The notes beneath the pieces were generated by a model, which did not search any database, was not told the DNA's origin, and saw only the letters and a list, made by a program, of their open reading frames with translations. This document shows, one piece after another, positions 58,171 to 64,000 of a stretch of DNA of 64,000 nucleotides. Location of the stretch: contig NOWV01000030.1 in the NCBI GenBank assembly GCA_003344405.1, positions 248,001 to 312,000 of the forward strand. The letters are read 5' to 3'. The first letter of the stretch is position 1. Each line of letters begins with the position of its first letter. Source of the DNA: Trichoplax sp. H2. Lineage: Eukaryota. The position numbers and the translations under genes were made by a program.

Positions 58171-60528
58171 AAGCAGTTATTGATATCGAATAATTAGAAT
58201 TTTGTTGGCTATCAAATTTTCCAGTAGTGCTTGGATAACTTTTAATTCATACATAATAAATGGGATGTCTGGTAGTGGACATGCAATGTTTCTAAAAGTA
58301 AGTTCTCTGATAACTTTTAAATTTATCAGTTTATTGATTTAGAATGGATTACACGCATGTAACGGCACTACGTTGCCTAAATTATAGAGTTTAAGAAAGT
58401 ATTGTTGCTGACAGTGTTTCAGTATTATAGTATAAAGCTGTTTTGTAGATTATAGTACAGCGTGTCTACTGGTTGTGAGCCTTTTAGAAGGGTAGTTCTT
58501 AGGCATTATAGTAGCAGTACTATCTTCTTACTCGATCTTTCGACAGATTAGGGTAGTAATCTGTAGAAGTAGCTCAAAGTAAGCGCTTTACGTTTGACTA
58601 GTAAACTTGTCAGGAAGTAGTCCATGACAATTCATATCAACTAAATGTGTATTATATTATCGATTAAAAAATTTTAGAGCCTGGTATGAACGTTGCTGTT
58701 AACGTTCTGTATTAATCTATGCGGTCGTTAATTGAAAGTTTACACATCAATGTGCGATAGTATGTAACTTTAATAAGCCTTAACTCCATACACTATGGTA
58801 ATCTCTTATTCATAGCTGATACTGTATGATATCATTCAATAAATCGAAATCATTTTCTGTACTACAAGATTGTTTGAAAACTTAATTCAGCTATAGTCAT
58901 TATGGAGCGATATACTTGATGCTATGAAGTTATTTTCGAAGTAAGTTCTTTTCAAGTTAAATACCTAACTTGTAACCACACCAATTCCTGTCATTTTCTG
59001 CTATGAAAAACGGGTGAAGTTTGTCTTAGCATGGTTCTTGTCCCGCACTAATTATATTGGACTATCAGTATATATAAGATGATCATGATATTTGCATCTA
59101 TCACAAAAATCTATAATGTAATTATAATCTAGTAGAACGCCATTTAAGAATTAATAACAACTTTTACTATGCATTATTATCATATTCATGTCTGCATCAT
59201 ACGGTGCATTTAATACGTGAGTACATAGAGCATATGGAGTCAAAGGAATTAATTGATAGTAATTTTTATTTAACTTGGGCTATTTTAAAGACCCATTTAG
59301 AGTTACCGTTGTTATCACTATTGAAGTACAGATAGATAAATGTGTTCTATCCAAATGGTAAAGATTCTCTGCTGGCCTGTATAGATGTAATTATTGAGTA
59401 GTTTTGCATATTACGACATCATTTAGCATTCCATACTGAGCTAAATTTACCGTTAGTTATCTTCACAAATATACTCGTAACTAGCGCATTTTTAATTCCT
59501 ACCGTTGATATCACGTTTATGCATGATATATAAAAATAATCAATTTTTCAATTATTATATATCTTTTATACGGTGTATATATTTAAGTACAGAATTCCAG
59601 ACGAAAAATGTGTTTTGTGTAATTTAATTCATACTTATACTGTATCTATGCTTATATTTACAGTATACATAAAAAAACTATCACATGTCTATGTGGATAC
59701 TTTCCATTTAAGTGTGGTATTTTCATTGCATAAGAGAAAGTACTCTTTTGCTTCACGGTGTTGATGTAATTTATATTGCAGTATTAACGAGATTAGATCA
59801 TGCATAATGTCTACTTTACCTACCGATTTGGCTTGCTTAACTATTCATAGGAATTTATTCAAAGATTAGTTTACGCGATAACGGGCACGTTTACAATGTG
59901 AACAAGTGTATTCATTGGTTATTTAACATCTACTTAAATATAAATTGATGATTAACTCATGATAAAGGTTACCGGTCATGAAGCTAAGAAAGACTTACAA
60001 TAAGACTATTGTTTTGGATAATATTCCCAACATTGTATTACTCGTATACCATAATCAGGTCGTCATTGTTAAATTATGAAAAACTTAACAATCGTATAAT
60101 TCAGCACATTCCAAATTTATCTAGTTATGAACTAAATCTTATTTTCTGTTCCAAAATTTATATAAAACTATAACGTGTAAACATCTTCGAAAAAATTACG
60201 GGAAGTTTTTATATGAAATTAATGTAAGTTGGTCGATTATTTAAACTAGCACCATCATTATAGCGATCGTTATTAATCGCTCATTAGGCATGTTCGTATC
60301 TCTATGATTAATCTTATTACGCAACATACGAACCTTACTGCTATTGCTTACAGTCTAAAAACATACTGTAAGTATAAGTACAGTAATCTGGGTTAAGCAG
60401 TTTATAGTTATTACCGATATGACAGACATTAAGTCAATGGATGTTGCATTATGCAAATTTGATCTGCAGTCACATTCTAGATATCGCAGCCATACCTTGC
60501 CATAATAATAATCGATACATAAAAAGCA

Positions 60529-62025
60529 TTAATAATACGGATGTGGCATTATGTTAACTTGACCTGTAGTCACATTCTTGATAAAGACATCGCCGTAATC
60601 GATACAGTTATCCTTATTTAGACCCCATCTATGCATGAAATCTGGAATGGTTCTTGATTTTTGAGTAACCCATGTATCATTATGAAGATTAGCGCACAGA
60701 GTACACATACCACTACCCATATCACACGATCTTCCTTGGTCCTTATAGCTAGCTTTCCAGTGGAAATAACTATTATATAATGTATCGTTCGACCCAACCA
60801 ATTGGATATAATCTGCCAAATCTTCTACAGTTTTAAAGTCGAAAACGTTAATATAGGAATTCGGCGGAGCAACAGTTTCATCTTGTAAATTGGCTCCACT
60901 CACTACAATGGGTACTAATCTTCTACCTAAGGAATTCTTATAATATTTTTCGGTGATATAATCTCGACAAACAAAATTTTCAAAACTTAAGTAAAATTTA
61001 TATTGACTACTTAATTTTTCCCAACAACTGTCATTTCTAGGACAGGATAAATTTCCGCATTTACCATAAATATCGATCGGTAAATACTGAGCTAACTGTT
61101 GGACAAATGTTAGACGACCAGTATAGCAACCACTTGATACCCAGGCGATCAATTTATTCTTACCCTTGGCATAATTGTGTGTTTTTATAAATTGATTACG
61201 GTTTTGACTTTTACCGTAGCCACCATAGCATGTTGGAATGTCGGAATCTTGTGTATATGTCATTATAATATTGAAGATATTGTTGTGAAAGGGGTAGATA
61301 CCAGATTGGATATTAACACCATGAGTGACTACAGGATTTTCGTATGAATGGTAAACCCATAGTTGTCTTGGTGATACTGCATCTCGCTTAGGAAACATGT
61401 TTTTATTTTTCATACTGGCTTCAGCACCGTGAAATAGTAATGCATCGCTGGATTTTAGGCGATTTTTATCTAAAGTTACCTCACATGTAAATGAACCACA
61501 ATGGAAGATTCCATTATTATACGGCCACTTCAAACCAAACCAAGTAGTCCATGCTAGCATTACTTTACGATTGAGCGGTTTGGTAGCTGCTGGCGACGTT
61601 GGACGCTGACTTACAGTGATACTCTCGGTTTTAAGCATTGGATTGGGATTTATTTTAGTTTCATCATATCGTTGTTTAGAATGGTTGTCTTTATCGTTGC
61701 CGTTCTTAACTCTGGATTTGTGATCCTGACTTGCTGTCGATTTGGATTGTACTGATCGACTGTTGGATGTATTTTGATATTTCAGTGTGATAGGCGGCGT
61801 TGCACTGGATAGCATCGTTGATGTTCCATATGGCAACGTAAATAAACTATTGCGATGAGTTGGATTTTGTTGTGATCCAATTGCTAATCTTGATTTTAGT
61901 AACGCTAGATAATATTCATTCCTGATATGTCTGCAGATGATAAAGTAAGAGCTGAAAAATATCAAGCAGATTAAAAATAGGATTTTTCGTCTATATGGTA
62001 CGGTTAAAAATAATGATCTGGCCAT
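60529..62025 (-). CDS. Alpha-1,3-fucosyltransferase (GT10), intronless CDS, paralogue B
   Basis: 498-aa ORF with TM anchor, S/T-rich stem, MLAWTTWF, SDALLFH, WVYHSYENP and YKFYLSFENFVCRDYITEKYY. The catalytic domain is clearly similar to 51457-53202. Confidence 0.95.
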   Translation of the reverse strand: MARSLFLTVPYRRKILFLICLIFFSSYFIICRHIRNEYYLALLKSRLAIGSQQNPTHRNSLFTLPYGTSTMLSSATPPITLKYQNTSNSRSVQSKSTASQDHKSRVKNGNDKDNHSKQRYDETKINPNPMLKTESITVSQRPTSPAATKPLNRKVMLAWTTWFGLKWPYNNGIFHCGSFTCEVTLDKNRLKSSDALLFHGAEASMKNKNMFPKRDAVSPRQLWVYHSYENPVVTHGVNIQSGIYPFHNNIFNIIMTYTQDSDIPTCYGGYGKSQNRNQFIKTHNYAKGKNKLIAWVSSGCYTGRLTFVQQLAQYLPIDIYGKCGNLSCPRNDSCWEKLSSQYKFYLSFENFVCRDYITEKYYKNSLGRRLVPIVVSGANLQDETVAPPNSYINVFDFKTVEDLADYIQLVGSNDTLYNSYFHWKASYKDQGRSCDMGSGMCTLCANLHNDTWVTQKSRTIPDFMHRWGLNKDNCIDYGDVFIKNVTTGQVNIMPHPYY

Positions 62026-64000
62026 GATGGACAGTTGAGTTTCTTGCTCGTCCTACTGGGTAAAGGATGGACTCGTAACGATAATTGGCGTCACGATTGC
62101 ATGGTGATTACTTTGAAAATTACAGTATGCCTTTGTCAGCGATAACTAAGTACTTCTTATTACTCAAGGTTGTAATTATCTGTCTGTCTGGAATTGGAGT
62201 TCAATTAAAATCCATTTCTTTACAATTGAAAGACAAAGACCCAAAAGACATGCAGTAATTGAAGGCAAGACTATGGCTGAACTTCTTTCAATCATTGCAC
62301 ACGGCCGGACAGGCCCCTGGAATAGTACGTCCAGTAATCAGTAGTATGGAATTGTATAGTACTGTACTGGCTTTGGAGATATCCTGGGATACTCTTGAAG
62401 GAAGCATCTCTTGGCCATGCTGGGGCTCTTATGTTCTGCCATAATCACGAGTGTGAATCAAAATGTAATAAGATGTAAAGGATTTGGACAGCCGGGCCCG
62501 ATTTTGGCCCGCTTGTCACAGTCAATGTAAGGATTCGGACATTCTATACAGTACTGTAGAATGCAATCTATAGAATGTACTGTACAGTACAAGAAGACTT
62601 GAGGAATGCGTGCATGAAAGACGGGCACCACTATTTATAGTTTGCTTTACTATATTAATAAACTATGGACTCCATGAGACATATTGTAGATACCATTTCA
62701 AATGAAGGACAGTACATACATAATACTACAACAGCGACGGTATAGTTTCAATCTACAATACTCGTGTATGTCAAAGGGGTGCGATTAGCACCATTTAGAA
62801 TCGTTTGGCGCCATTTTGCAAGGAAATTTTGCCAATCATACCCCTACGATGTCGATTTAAACTGCATTGGCGATATCAAATCTGGATTCTTTTTTCGCTT
62901 AACAATCAATTAATGATGCCTTAAAAACTGCACAACTTGGATTTCAATCAAAAATAACGCACGATTCAATTTTTTGCCCAATGTATGTAAAATGTCAACT
63001 TTTCAGCTGTTTGTAAGGTTAGAAACTCCCTTAAACAATCGCACATCCCCCTCCTCTGTACGTCAGTTTCCTACTGTACTATATACTAAATTACTTCTTC
63101 TTTCATCAAAGTCGCTTGCAATCTTATGCCAACTGGAAACGGATGACCGGACACCCATCTGAAAATGATGGACAATCATGCGACTACTAAATCTGTTGAG
63201 GGTGTTTTAGTAATCCATAGTACAGTATACTGTATAGATAATGTTTTTAGAATGAATTCATTTTTAGAACACAGAATTATAGATCTGTTATTAGGCGTAT
63301 CGTATTGCCAATAACGATAGTGATCATCCGATATGTACGTATAAATAATAAATAATATAGCACGTAATATTGTATATAATGAAGTATTGTATTGTGAATG
63401 AAATTAAATGTTGGTGTCTACAAACACTCAATTATTATATATTCAATATTATGTCATAAAATGATCAATTTTCCACAGTGTAGTCTGAGAATTTACAAGA
63501 TGTACGACTAGGTACAGAACTGATACAATAGTTCAATACGAGATTTATACAGACACCGCCAGCAAAGCGGCGGGTAAAAACCCTAGTAATACGTGTACAA
63601 TTGACAAGCACATAAACTTAAAATTAGAAAATTGAAACTAATTTCGCATGCCAAAAATGATCAATTGGTCATAACATTGAGCTTGGTGCAATAGCAAGTT
63701 GTGCTATACTCGTACACTATTTATCTGATAAGCGTGAGTTGATGATAATACAGTATTTGTCATGACCGATTGAAATATTTGCGCTATTATAAACTGATCA
63801 AACGACGCATATCAAGTAATTATTGCAAGGTAGCAATTTAGGAGGTATTATTATGCCATAGAGAATTATGAATGAACAACAATTTCTGTTCAGTGCCGTT
63901 TCTTTTTATTTCCTTATTGGCTTGACAATATTATTTTTTTTCTACCACACAGCCGTAGACTTAAGTAGGATACAATACGAATCTACTGCATACACGCTAG

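Overview
AT-rich (roughly one third GC, estimated by eye), intron-rich, compact eukaryotic DNA from an animal. Gene content, short GT-AG introns and ancestral intron positions suggest an early-branching metazoan, and a placozoan such as Trichoplax is my best guess, not proven. Spliced genes I reconstructed by hand: MORN1 (-), UBE2J2 (+), PEX10 (-), COPS7 (+), GAPDH (+), SLC25A34/35 (+), an uncharacterised LRR/LRRcap protein ending in a CaaX box (+) and C7orf25/UPF0415 (+). C7orf25 is flanked by two intronless GT10 alpha-1,3-fucosyltransferase paralogues (-). First introns and intergenic gaps are filled with unrelated local tandem-repeat families. The strongest unexplained signal is an approximately 5-fold non-coding excess of TACAGTA/TACTGTA, plus TACCGGTA. 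Paralogous repeat units show matched 'empty' TA versus 'filled' TA+CTG/CAG+TA sites, the shape of Tc1/mariner excision footprints, although no transposon is visible in the window. Other observations are a long intronic fold-back near UBE2J2 exon 2, a 163-bp satellite with a 4-mer higher-order pattern, an HRE-like cluster upstream of GAPDH and ancient synteny with human 1p36/12p13/17p13. Most short ORFs in the supplied track are not real genes.
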